Positions 1 through 9,854 of a DNA stretch of 64,000 nt are shown here, piece after piece; within the stretch, counting starts at the first letter, position 1, and each line of letters starts with the position of its first letter. The notes beneath the pieces are model-generated. The model was given only the letters and a program-made list of their open reading frames with translations. It did not search any database and was not told the DNA's origin. The translations under genes and the position numbers were made by a program. This stretch comes from an uncultured Pseudomonadota bacterium (GTDB taxonomy: Bacteria > Pseudomonadota > Gammaproteobacteria > Natronospirales > CAVUBB01), in contig CAVUBB010000006.1 in assembly GCA_963739695.1 (NCBI GenBank), positions 11,832 to 75,831 of the forward strand. The letters run 5' to 3'.

Positions 1-225
1 CGTCTCCTTCACCGCTTTCAACACGGCCGGATGCGCATGGCCGGCGATCATCGGGCCCCACGAGCCGACGTAATCGATGTACCGGGTGCCGTCTTCGCCG
101 TAGATGTAGGCGCCTTCGGCCCGCTGGACAAACACCGGATCGCCGCCCACGCTGCGAAAAGCACGCACCGGGGAATTCACACCGCCGGGTATATGGCGCT
201 GTGCTGCTTCGAAAAGGTCGCTCAC
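1..225 (-). CDS. hemL: Glutamate-1-semialdehyde 2,1-aminomutase, N-terminal 75 codons (gene runs off the window start)
   Basis: Own translation of the minus strand from GTG at 225: [75 protein letters not shown]. This matches the conserved HemL N-terminus ([20 protein letters not shown]). A GGGAGGA RBS lies just upstream. It is absent from the ORF track because it is truncated. Confidence 0.85.
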   Translation of the reverse strand, partial: MSDLFEAAQRHIPGGVNSPVRAFRSVGGDPVFVQRAEGAYIYGEDGTRYIDYVGSWGPMIAGHAHPAVLKAVKET

Positions 226-303
226 TGGATCCTCCCGTCGGGCTGCGACAACAGAGTTTGCATAGTAATGGCTAAGCAGAGGCGGGGCGAGCCGCCGCTG
301 TAA

Positions 304-939
304 TCATGGCCAGGCTTTCACATAGGCCGCTGCCGCGGCCCGTACGTCTCCGGCGCCGAACACGCCGCTGATCACCGCGAGCATGTCGGCCCCGGCTTCG
401 ACCACCGCCGCCACATGCTCCGTGCGGATACCACCGATGGCGCACACGGGTATCCCGAGATCGCGCGCCGCTCCAAGCAGCGACAATGGCGCCGTGCTCG
501 CTTCGGGTTTTGTCGGCGAGGCGAACATGCTGCCAAATGCGAGGTAGTCAGCGCCTGCCGCCCGGGCCGCAAGGGCGAGGTCCAGGCGGTCGTAGCACGA
601 CGCGCCGATCAGCGCCTGCTCTCCCAGCGCGGCGCGAGCCGCGCCGATATCGACATCGTCACGTCCGATGTGGACTCCGTCCGCCATCACCCGGCCTGCC
701 AGTTCGATGTCATCGTTGACGATGAGCAGCACATCGAGAGCGCGACACAGCGCGCACAGCGCACTGGCCTGTTGATAGCGGCGTTGGGTGTCGGCGGACT
801 TGTCGCGGTACTGGACGATCCGGGCGCCGCCCGCGACGGCCGCCGCAACGCTGGCTTCGAGCCCTCGTTCCGCACACAGCTCGGCGTCGGTGATGACATA
901 GAGCCCGGCAAGCCGGGCGTGCATATCAGCTGCGGCCAT
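304..939 (-). CDS. thiE: Thiamine-phosphate synthase
   Basis: C-terminal 211 aa of ORF 304..1392 ([21 protein letters not shown]...IVQYRDK...GADYLAFGSMFASPTKP...CAIGGI) are ThiE-like. The first ~150 codons of the ORF overlap thiD in another frame and are Arg/Pro-rich. Start set at ATG 939; ATG 924 is an alternative. Confidence 0.85.
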   Translation of the reverse strand: MAAADMHARLAGLYVITDAELCAERGLEASVAAAVAGGARIVQYRDKSADTQRRYQQASALCALCRALDVLLIVNDDIELAGRVMADGVHIGRDDVDIGAARAALGEQALIGASCYDRLDLALAARAAGADYLAFGSMFASPTKPEASTAPLSLLGAARDLGIPVCAIGGIRTEHVAAVVEAGADMLAVISGVFGAGDVRAAAAAYVKAWP

Positions 940-1714
940 GGCGGTCGGGGATGCTCTGACCCTGTCCCAGGCGCCAGCTCTTCGCCAGGGTGTGCCAGGT
1001 CCACTCCATGGCCTGCGCGACGGCCCGGGGGATATCTTCACCCTGCGCGACCGATGCTGCGATCGCCGATGCGAGGGTGCACCCCGAGCCGTGGAAACGC
1101 CCGGCCAGACGCGGCCAGACGCTCTCGTCGATGAAGCTGTCGGGGCCATACAGGTAATTGCGTACGTCCGCAGTCGCTTCGTCGCCGCCTTTGAGCAGCA
1201 CCCAGCGCGCACCGGCGGCAAGCAGCGCCTGCGCGCGGGCGGCGGGCGTGGTGGCCGCGGGCGCCAGGCGGCGGGACTCATCGGCGTTGGGTGTGACCAG
1301 CGTTGCGGCCGCGAGCAGATGGCTGTGAAAGATATCCAGCAGCGCATCCTCGGCGAGCTCGGCGCCGCCAGCGGCGAAAAGCACCGGATCAAGGATAACC
1401 GGGAGCCGCGGGTGTTCGGCGAGCACCTCGGCCACGGCGAGGCCGGTCTCCGCGCTGGCCAGCAGACCGATCTTCACCGCCGCCACGGGCAGGTCCGCCA
1501 GCACCGTCCTTGCCTGAGCCTGCACCAGCTCGGCCGCGACCGGTTCGACCTGGCGGGCGTCGACTGTATCCTGCACCGTCACGGCAGTGACTACCGGAGC
1601 CGGATGCACACCCAGCGCCGTCAGTGTCTGGATGTCCGCCGTCAGGCCGGCGCCGCCACTGGGGTCGTTGCCTGCGATCACAAGGACCACCGGCGGCTGT
1701 GTGCTCGTATCCAT
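926..1714 (-). CDS. thiD: Hydroxymethylpyrimidine/phosphomethylpyrimidine kinase
   Basis: 262 aa with [21 protein letters not shown] and [12 protein letters not shown] motifs typical of ThiD. Lies immediately upstream of thiE on the same strand. Confidence 0.9.
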   Translation of the reverse strand: MDTSTQPPVVLVIAGNDPSGGAGLTADIQTLTALGVHPAPVVTAVTVQDTVDARQVEPVAAELVQAQARTVLADLPVAAVKIGLLASAETGLAVAEVLAEHPRLPVILDPVLFAAGGAELAEDALLDIFHSHLLAAATLVTPNADESRRLAPAATTPAARAQALLAAGARWVLLKGGDEATADVRNYLYGPDSFIDESVWPRLAGRFHGSGCTLASAIAASVAQGEDIPRAVAQAMEWTWHTLAKSWRLGQGQSIPDRHGRS

Positions 1715-1836
1715 GCGTCTATTCTACCAAGCATGGCGTCGGGTCATCAGCCGGCGCCGGCCCGGTTTCTCTAGGCCGGAGAAAATGGGAGAATGCCGGC
1801 CGTCGAAATACCCAGTCGCCCGGATCCGGAGTCAAG

Positions 1837-2001
1837 ATGAAGGCCTATATGTGCGTCATTTGCGGTTATGTCTACGAGGAAGCCAAGGGCGACCCCGAGG
1901 GCGGCGTGCCGCCCGGCACCCGCTGGGATGACGTGCCGCTCACCTGGCGCTGCCCCGATTGCGGGGCCGGCAAGGAAGACTTCGAGATGATCGAGATCTG
2001 A
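1837..2001 (+). CDS. Rubredoxin
   Basis: 54 aa [15 protein letters not shown]...[18 protein letters not shown] with the two rubredoxin CxxC knuckles. ATG at 1837 is internal to ORF 1624..2001. Confidence 0.9.
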   Translation: MKAYMCVICGYVYEEAKGDPEGGVPPGTRWDDVPLTWRCPDCGAGKEDFEMIEI

Positions 2002-2014
2002 GCCTGCGCCCGGA

Positions 2015-2587
2015 TCACGAGCCGGCGTCGATGCCGGCGGTGTGCGCAAGATAGGCCGTACGTGCCGAGAGCTCCAGCGAACACGTCCACTTGTAAGCGC
2101 GATCCAGGTTCTCTCCCCAGGCGTAGACTCCATGTCCGCGCACGACGGCGATCTTCTCTTTTGCAAGCGCATCGGATACCGCCGCCGGTGCCTTGCTCAC
2201 GTACTCGTCGTACGGGATGCTGAGCACCGGCACGCGCGGGAAATAGAAGCCGCCCTCGAAATCCACCGGGATGAAATCTTCGCCATCCAGCGTCAGCGCC
2301 ACGGTGTGGGCGCCGTGGCTGTGCAGGACCGCGCCGGCGGCCGGATTCTTGCGGTAGACCGCCACGTGCAGCGGCGCGTCCAGCGAGGCGCCAGGGCCGA
2401 TCTCGCCATCGACGGAGCAGCGCACCAGTTGTTCGGCTTGCAGGGTATCGGCGCAGGCGCCGGTCGGGGTGACCCAGACGGTATCGCCCTCGCGTACCGA
2501 GGCGTTGCCGCTATGCGAATCGTTGAGACCGTATTTGCGCAACCAGCGGTAGTAGCGAACCAGTTCCACGCGTCTGTCATCACTCAT
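2015..2587 (-). CDS. Class II aldolase/adducin-family protein
   Basis: 190 aa with SGNASVR, VWVTPTG and HSHGAHTVA motifs characteristic of the class II (fuculose-phosphate/MTRu-1-P dehydratase type) aldolase fold. Confidence 0.75.
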   Translation of the reverse strand: MSDDRRVELVRYYRWLRKYGLNDSHSGNASVREGDTVWVTPTGACADTLQAEQLVRCSVDGEIGPGASLDAPLHVAVYRKNPAAGAVLHSHGAHTVALTLDGEDFIPVDFEGGFYFPRVPVLSIPYDEYVSKAPAAVSDALAKEKIAVVRGHGVYAWGENLDRAYKWTCSLELSARTAYLAHTAGIDAGS

Positions 2588-3378
2588 GACCTGCCCTCGT
2601 CAGCAGCTTCGACCCAGCACACCCGGGTCTGTATACGCCCGTCCGGCCACAAGTCCAACTCCCGGTAGCCGGGAGGCCGGGTGTCGATCGCGAAATCCTC
2701 GCTGCCGGGCAGGAACTGCACGCAGGTGGAGGGCGTGCCCATCAGCGCGATGGCGCCGTGGCGGCCATCGAAGGCCTGATGGACATGGCCCCAGACGATG
2801 CCGCGCACCTGCGGGTGGCGGGCGAGCATCGCCAGCAGGTCGGACCCGTCGGCAAGGCCGATCCGATCCAGCCACACGCTGCCTACCGGTACCGGCTGAT
2901 GGTGTACGCAGACCAGCGCATGCCTGCGATCGTCGGCAAGCCGCGCATCCAGTTCTTCGATCTGTGCCGGGCCCAGGTGCCCGCCGGCACTACCGGGTAC
3001 CCGGCTCTCCAGGCGCAGGATCTGCCAGACGGAGTCGGGCGGGTCGTGGGCCTGGGCGCCGAGCAGGCCGATCGCCGCGGGGTCGTCGTGGTTGCCGCAG
3101 ATATAAGTGCGTGGGCAGTGCACCGATTCGAGCAGGTCGGCGAGTATCCGGTATGCCGGTTCGCCTTCGTCATGGACGAGATCGCCGGTCAGCAGGAGAC
3201 GGTCGATCGCGTGGTCTCTGGCGCGGATGGCAGCGAGGACGGCGTGAAGTCCGCTCCGCCAGTCCGCCCCATACAGGCGCGTGGCGGGGTCGGCCGCCAC
3301 ATGGGTATCTGTGAGCTGGACAAGGCGCAAGGGCTGTTGCGCTGCGTTAGAATCGGGCCTGGACACGTTACGAACCAT
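2584..3378 (-). CDS. cpdA: Class III cyclic-nucleotide phosphodiesterase-like metallophosphoesterase (CpdA family)
   Basis: 264 aa carrying the ordered signature D-x-H (LTDTHV), GD (LTGDLVHDE), GNHD (CGNHDD), H (VCVHHQP), GHxH (VWGHVH). The stop overlaps the downstream aldolase start by 4 nt. Confidence 0.7.
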   Translation of the reverse strand: MVRNVSRPDSNAAQQPLRLVQLTDTHVAADPATRLYGADWRSGLHAVLAAIRARDHAIDRLLLTGDLVHDEGEPAYRILADLLESVHCPRTYICGNHDDPAAIGLLGAQAHDPPDSVWQILRLESRVPGSAGGHLGPAQIEELDARLADDRRHALVCVHHQPVPVGSVWLDRIGLADGSDLLAMLARHPQVRGIVWGHVHQAFDGRHGAIALMGTPSTCVQFLPGSEDFAIDTRPPGYRELDLWPDGRIQTRVCWVEAADEGRS

Positions 3379-3431
3379 CCAATCCGCCCGCTTCTTGCCG
3401 GGGGCTTCGGCGGGCAGGGAGTCTGAAAATA

Positions 3432-4115
3432 ATGTCGAATCGTACCATCTCCGTCTCCGACGCCCTCTATCGCTACATCCTCGATGTCTCCCTGCGTGAG
3501 GCGCCCGTGTTGCGCAAGTTGCGCGAAGAGACGGCGGCGCACCCGAAAGCGCAGATGCAGATCTCTCCGGAGCAGGGGCAGTTCATGGCCATGGTGGTCA
3601 AACTGACGGCCGCGCGGCGTTGTATCGAGGTGGGCGTGTTCACCGGCTACAGCAGCCTCAGCGTGGCGATGGCCCTGCCCCATGACGGCCAGATCATCGC
3701 CTGCGATGTGAGCGAGGAATTCACGGACATCGCGAAGCGCTATTGGGCCGAAGCCCAGGTCGAGGAGAAGATCGATCTGCATCTGGCGCCGGCGCTGGAG
3801 ACGCTCGACGAACTGCTCGAAGACGAGAAGCAGAACCAGTTCGATTTCGCTTTCATCGATGCCGACAAGGCTAATTACTCGGCGTACTACGAACGCGTTC
3901 TCAAGCTGCTGCGTCCGGGTGGCCTGGTTGCCGTGGATAATACTCTTTGGAGCGGCAGTGTGATCGATCAGAGCGATGACAGCGAAGATACCGTGGCCAT
4001 CCGTGCGTTCAACGAGATGATTTTCGCCGACGAACGCGTGGATATCAGCCTGTTGCCGTTGGGCGACGGGCTCACGCTGGCGCGCAAGAAGGGCGAATTC
4101 CGGTCTGCCATGTGA
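3432..4115 (+). CDS. Class I SAM-dependent O-methyltransferase (caffeoyl-CoA O-methyltransferase-like)
   Basis: 227 aa. IEVGVFTGYS (SAM motif I), FDFAFIDADKANY and LLRPGGLVAVDNTLWSG are typical of the cation-dependent O-MT family. Confidence 0.8.
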   Translation: MSNRTISVSDALYRYILDVSLREAPVLRKLREETAAHPKAQMQISPEQGQFMAMVVKLTAARRCIEVGVFTGYSSLSVAMALPHDGQIIACDVSEEFTDIAKRYWAEAQVEEKIDLHLAPALETLDELLEDEKQNQFDFAFIDADKANYSAYYERVLKLLRPGGLVAVDNTLWSGSVIDQSDDSEDTVAIRAFNEMIFADERVDISLLPLGDGLTLARKKGEFRSAM

Positions 4116-4136
4116 CGCGGTCGGATCGCCGCGATC

Positions 4137-4736
4137 TCAGTGCAGCCGCGTCCCCAGGCTGTGCGTATAGATCAGCACGGCTGGCAGCTGGGCGACGAGT
4201 ACGCCTGCTTCATACCATTCCGCGCCACCGGATTCACCGGTCTTCTCCTGCCAGGCTGACATCAGCCACAAGCCACCTGCATGTCCGGCCACCGCGAGCA
4301 CCACGAAGCTTCCCAGCACGCCCCACGTGGGCCAGAACGAGGCGGCGACGCCCAGTGCCTTGCACAGCCACGAGAATATCAACGCGCAGGCGATGGCAGT
4401 CTGCACCGGCAGTATGAGCGCGGGCAGGCGGCCGATGACCGGGACGAAGGGCAATACGATGCTGCTGACCAGAAGCAGATCGAGCAGTACGCCGGAGTGA
4501 CCGGGACCGCCGGACAGTACGTGTCCGAAGGCGGGCAGCTTGCGCGTGGCCCCGAAGATATCAGGGTAGGCAGTGACGATCAGGCCGCCGATCGCCGCCG
4601 CGCGCAGGATCGGTTGCCACAGATGCTCATAGATCCACAGCTGGCCGGGATCTGCCGAATCGGTCTCCTCCGTACGTCCCACGCGGATCGCGATCCAGAC
4701 CAGAAGTGTGTAAACCAGTATCGCAGGAACGATCAC
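4137..4736 (-). CDS. Hypothetical integral membrane protein
   Basis: 199 aa with about 5-6 hydrophobic segments and codon usage like its neighbours. No recognisable family motif. Confidence 0.55.
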   Translation of the reverse strand: MIVPAILVYTLLVWIAIRVGRTEETDSADPGQLWIYEHLWQPILRAAAIGGLIVTAYPDIFGATRKLPAFGHVLSGGPGHSGVLLDLLLVSSIVLPFVPVIGRLPALILPVQTAIACALIFSWLCKALGVAASFWPTWGVLGSFVVLAVAGHAGGLWLMSAWQEKTGESGGAEWYEAGVLVAQLPAVLIYTHSLGTRLH

Positions 4737-4904
4737 GCGAACACCGCCTGTTGGCTGAAGTTTGGGACTTATCTTGCCGCAGTTGCACGATCAGGTAAAC
4801 GCGACGGCTTGAGCGGGCTCCCGGAGCTTTTGGTTGTGAAATACACCGGACACGCTATGCTGAACTCGGGATCGAGTGACCTGTAACAATAAAGGTAACA
4901 ACGC

Positions 4905-6263
4905 ATGTCGAAGCATCGGATTGGGGGAATATTAATCGCAGTCGTCCTGCTTTTTTCAGCGCAGGTGTTGCTGGCAGCGGATGCGCCGAAAGTCGACCAG
5001 GGCGCGCCGACGGTCACGACGAGTGCGGGTGAAGCAGGGTCAGCGACAAGTGCGGCGTCGGCGACGCAGGCTCAAGCCAAGGGACCGGTTGCCGTGCCCC
5101 AGCCTTCGGCCAAGGCCGTGCGTTACTATCGCAGCGGCAATTGGTTTTGGGCCGTGTCTGTGCTGTGGGGGCTGCTGGTGCCGGCAGTCATCCTGTTTAC
5201 CGGCTTCTCGGCGCGGATGCGCACATGGGCCACCCGGATCAGTCGCGACAAGTGGTTTTTCACCATCGCGGTCTACCTCGTCATCTTCACGCTGGTGACC
5301 ACGCTTATCGATCTGCCGCTTTCCTACTATCTCGACTTCGTCCGCGAACATGCCTACGGGTTGTCCAGTCAGACTTTGGGTAAATGGGCCGAGGACAGCA
5401 TCAAGGGGACGTTGATCGGCATGGTGATCGGCGCGTTGTTCCTGTGGGTGCCGTATCTGTTTCTGAAGAAGGCGCGTCAGCGCTGGTGGCTCTATACGGC
5501 GCTTATCGCGCTGCCGTTCATGGTCTTCATGATGGTGATCCAGCCGATATGGATAGCTCCGCTATTCAACAAGTTCGGTCCGATGCAGGACAAGACGCTG
5601 GAGGCGAAGATATTGCATCAAGCCGACAGGGCCGGGATCGAAGGGGCGCGGGTGTTCGAGGTCAACAAGAGCGTGGATACCAACACGGTCAATGCCTACG
5701 TCACCGGGATCGGATCGAGCAAACGGATCGTGCTCTGGGATACCACACTGAAGAAGCTGGATCCGCGTGAAGTGCTGTTCGTGCTGGGGCACGAGATGGG
5801 TCATTACGTGCTTGATCATATCTGGAAGTCGCTCGCCATCGGCTTCTTCGTCTTGCTGTTCGGACTCTACATGGTCCACCGCAGTGCGGATTGGGCGTTG
5901 AGGCGATTCGGCGCTCGCTTCGGTTTCACCGAGTTGCATGATGTGGCGTCACTGCCGCTCATCCTGCTCCTGTTCAGCCTGTTCACGTTCGTCCTCAGTC
6001 CGGTCACGCTGGCCGTGAGCAGGCATTTCGAGCATGAGGCCGACCGCTTCGGTCTCGAGATCACGCACGATAACCACTCCTGCGCGACAGCTTTCGTGAA
6101 GTTGACGAACGACAACCTCGGCTATCCGCGACCGGGCCTGTTGTACAAGTTATGGCGGTCGTCGCATCCGCCACTCGGCGAACGCATCGATTTCTGCAAT
6201 AGCTATCATCCCTGGAGCGATGGCGGGCAACAGGAGTACGCCCATCTGTTCAAACAGGGGTGA
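4905..6263 (+). CDS. M48 family zinc metallopeptidase (Ste24/CAAX-protease-like)
   Basis: 452 aa. Signal-like N-terminus, multiple TM segments, HExxH (LGHEMGHYV), a downstream HEADRFG, and C-terminal SSHPPLGERI typical of M48. Confidence 0.8.
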   Translation: MSKHRIGGILIAVVLLFSAQVLLAADAPKVDQGAPTVTTSAGEAGSATSAASATQAQAKGPVAVPQPSAKAVRYYRSGNWFWAVSVLWGLLVPAVILFTGFSARMRTWATRISRDKWFFTIAVYLVIFTLVTTLIDLPLSYYLDFVREHAYGLSSQTLGKWAEDSIKGTLIGMVIGALFLWVPYLFLKKARQRWWLYTALIALPFMVFMMVIQPIWIAPLFNKFGPMQDKTLEAKILHQADRAGIEGARVFEVNKSVDTNTVNAYVTGIGSSKRIVLWDTTLKKLDPREVLFVLGHEMGHYVLDHIWKSLAIGFFVLLFGLYMVHRSADWALRRFGARFGFTELHDVASLPLILLLFSLFTFVLSPVTLAVSRHFEHEADRFGLEITHDNHSCATAFVKLTNDNLGYPRPGLLYKLWRSSHPPLGERIDFCNSYHPWSDGGQQEYAHLFKQG

Positions 6264-6293
6264 TCCGCGCGATACCTGTGCCCTGATAGAAAA

Positions 6294-6314
6294 GGGGCGG
6301 CCACTGGCCGCCCC
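6294..6314. terminator. Bidirectional intrinsic terminator hairpin between convergent M48 gene and ahcY
   Basis: GGGGCGGCC-ACT-GGCCGCCCC perfect 9-bp GC stem, flanked by AAAA on the left and TTCGTTT on the right. This gives a U-rich tail on both strands. Confidence 0.6.
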
Positions 6315-6335
6315 TTCGTTTGCAGCGCGTGCTTT

Positions 6336-7751
<1,416 letters not shown>

Positions 7752-7769
7752 CTTTGGTTGCTCCAGAGT

Positions 7770-7845
7770 TGAACGAGCGCCGTTGAACATGTGGGCCCTC
7801 CTCTGAGCCTGGCCGGGCCTTCCCGGTTGCAGCGCTCCTCAGATT
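7770..7845 (-). promoter_or_regulatory. SAH (S-adenosylhomocysteine) riboswitch in the ahcY leader
   Basis: Minus strand reads CUGAGGAGCGCUGCAACCGGGAAGGCCCGGCCAGGCUCAGAGGAGGGCCCACAUGUUCAACGGCGCUCG. Pairings are CUGAG/CUCAG (P1), CCGGG/CCCGG (hairpin) and GAGCGC/GCGCUC (pseudoknot). The conserved blocks AGGAGCGCUGC, AGGCUC and CAACGGCGCUC match the SAH element as I remember it, directly upstream of ahcY. Confidence 0.8.
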
Positions 7846-7859
7846 CAGGTGCCTTGCGG

Positions 7860-7888
7860 GCTGACCGGTACCGTGGGCGCCGGTCAGC
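7860..7888 (-). terminator. Stem-loop just downstream of metK (possible terminator or processing hairpin)
   Basis: Minus strand GCUGACCGG-N11-CCGGUCAGC, 9-bp stem, 18 nt after the metK stop. No U-tract follows, so function is uncertain. Confidence 0.3.
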
Positions 7889-7905
7889 CGCGAACTGTTG
7901 TTTGG

Positions 7906-9063
7906 TCAAAGCCCCGCAGCGGCGCGCAGCTCGGCGGCCTTGTCGGTGCGTTCCCAGGTGAATTCCGGTTCTTCGCGGCCGAAGTGGCCATAGGCCGCGG
8001 TCGCGAGATAGATCGGGCGCACCAGATCGAGCATCTTGAGGATGCCATAGGGGCGCAGGTCGAAATGTTCGCGAACCAATGCCTCGATCTTCTCTTCGGG
8101 GACCTTGTGGGTGCCGAAGGTCTCGATACTGATCGACGTGGGTTCGGCGACGCCGATGGCGTAGGACACCTGGATCTCGCAGCGTTCCGCCAGTCCGGCG
8201 GCGACGATGTTCTTCGCCACATAGCGTGTGGCATATGCAGCCGAACGGTCGACCTTCGACGGATCCTTGCCCGAGAACGCGCCGCCACCGTGGCGGGCCA
8301 TGCCGCCGTAGGTGTCGACGATGATCTTGCGGCCGGTCACGCCGGCGTCGCCCACCGGCCCGCCGATCACGAAGCGGCCCGTCGGGTTGATGTGGTAGAT
8401 GGTGTCCTTGTTCAGCCACTCCGCCGGCAGCACGGGTTTTATGACTTCTTCCATCACCGCTTCGCGCAGGGTCGTCTGGTCGACATCCGGGTCGTGCTGG
8501 GTGGAGAGCACCACCGTATTGATCGCCACCGGCTTTCCGCCTTCATAGCGGAACGTGACCTGGCTCTTGGCATCCGGGCGCAGCCAGGGCAGGGTGCCCG
8601 CGCGGCGTGCTTCGGCCTGACGGCGCACGAGACGGTGGGCGAAGGTGATCGGTGCGGGCATGAGCACATCGGTCTCGTTGCTCGCGTAGCCGAACATCAG
8701 GCCCTGGTCGCCCGCGCCCTGCTCTTCCGGCGCACCGCGATCCACGCCCTGGGCGATGTCGGGGGACTGCTTGCCGATGGCGTTGAGCACCGCGCAGGTC
8801 TCCCAGTCGAAACCCATGTCGGCACGGTAGCCGATGCGCTTGATGGTCTGGCGGGTGAGATCTTCGAGGTCCACCCACGCGGTGGTGCTGATCTCGCCGG
8901 CGACGATGACCATGCCGGTCTTCACCAGTGTCTCGCAGGCCACACGGGCGTTCACGTCCTGGGCGAGGATGGCGTCCAGGACCGCGTCCGAGATCTGGTC
9001 TGCGACCTTGTCGGGGTGTCCCTCGGAGACCGACTCGGAGGTGAACAGGTAGTTTTGCGACAT
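7906..9063 (-). CDS. metK: S-adenosylmethionine synthase
   Basis: 385 aa. [37 protein letters not shown] and [19 protein letters not shown] are canonical MetK blocks. Confidence 0.97.
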   Translation of the reverse strand: MSQNYLFTSESVSEGHPDKVADQISDAVLDAILAQDVNARVACETLVKTGMVIVAGEISTTAWVDLEDLTRQTIKRIGYRADMGFDWETCAVLNAIGKQSPDIAQGVDRGAPEEQGAGDQGLMFGYASNETDVLMPAPITFAHRLVRRQAEARRAGTLPWLRPDAKSQVTFRYEGGKPVAINTVVLSTQHDPDVDQTTLREAVMEEVIKPVLPAEWLNKDTIYHINPTGRFVIGGPVGDAGVTGRKIIVDTYGGMARHGGGAFSGKDPSKVDRSAAYATRYVAKNIVAAGLAERCEIQVSYAIGVAEPTSISIETFGTHKVPEEKIEALVREHFDLRPYGILKMLDLVRPIYLATAAYGHFGREEPEFTWERTDKAAELRAAAGL

Positions 9064-9195
9064 CAGCAGCTTCCCTACGCAGTGGCTTAAAAGGTGAGTA
9101 TTTTACTAAGATGAGCGGTGACAAAGCCAGATTTGACGCGTACTTAAGCGTGCGTACCGCCAGGGCCCGTGATCCGGGGCGAGGAGGACAGAGCC

Positions 9196-9762
9196 ATGGT
9201 CGGGAGCGAGACCCCTGTTTGCGATTTCGGCCGTCCGGCGCCGGATTTCGATCTGCCGGGCACCGATGGGCGCCGCTGGCGGCTGCAAGACTGTAGCGGC
9301 GAGCACGGCACGCTGGTGATGTTCATCTGCAATCACTGCCCCTACGTCAAGGCGGTGCGCGAGCGTCTGGTGCGCGATGCGCGCGAGCTCGAGGCTCATG
9401 GTGTGCGTTGTGTGGCCATCATGTCGAACGATCCCACGGATTATCCGGAAGATTCTTTCGCCAACATGCGCGCGGTGGCCGAACGTTTCGCCTATCCTTT
9501 CCCCTACCTGCTGGATGAGGACCAGAGCGTGGCGAAGGCCTATGGTGCGGTGTGCACCCCGGATTTCTTCGGCTACGATGCCGATCTGGGCCTGCAATAC
9601 CGGGGCCGGCTCGATGCCGGCGGGCGCGATCCGGCGCCCGCCGGTACCCGGCGCGAACTGTTCGACGCCATGTGCCAGATCGCGCGCACGGGCGAGGGGC
9701 CGCGCGAGCAGACCGCGAGTATCGGCTGTTCGATCAAGTGGCGGCAGGTTCGCAGCGTCTAA
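9196..9762 (+). CDS. Thioredoxin-fold thiol-disulfide oxidoreductase / peroxiredoxin-like protein
   Basis: APDFDLPGTDGRRWRL followed by the FICNHCPYV CxxC motif (AhpC/TSA-type fold). Start set at ATG 9196, preceded by GAGGAGGA. Confidence 0.75.
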   Translation: MVGSETPVCDFGRPAPDFDLPGTDGRRWRLQDCSGEHGTLVMFICNHCPYVKAVRERLVRDARELEAHGVRCVAIMSNDPTDYPEDSFANMRAVAERFAYPFPYLLDEDQSVAKAYGAVCTPDFFGYDADLGLQYRGRLDAGGRDPAPAGTRRELFDAMCQIARTGEGPREQTASIGCSIKWRQVRSV

Positions 9763-9854
9763 GCCTTTGATTTGACTGCTTGCTGAGCCGAGGTCGGTTG
9801 CCTCGCGTGCGGCGATGGGCGAAAATGCGCGGCTTAACTTTTTCGGGAGCCGAG

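Noticed and set aside
31-303. 90-aa plus-strand ORF at the window start.
   Set aside because: It is antisense to the clearly recognisable hemL N-terminus and has no RBS or family resemblance.
1715-1836. Possible TPP riboswitch upstream of thiD-thiE.
   Set aside because: The 122-nt divergent spacer lacks the CUGAGA / ACCUGA thi-box core. Only a short CCGGCC...GGCCGG hairpin is present.
7752-7790. N-terminal extension of ahcY ([13 protein letters not shown]) given by the ORF track.
   Set aside because: The ATG at 7790 sits inside the SAH aptamer (CACAUGUUCAACGGCGCUC). The downstream ATG 7751 has a GGAG RBS and gives the conserved AhcY N-terminus.
9064-9195. Possible SAM riboswitch or MetJ box in the metK leader, and a TTGTCA / TAAAAT promoter pair.
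   Set aside because: I found no SAM-I/II/V-like conserved blocks or AGACGTCT repeats. The two promoter hexamers are only 13 nt apart, so I could not support a promoter call.
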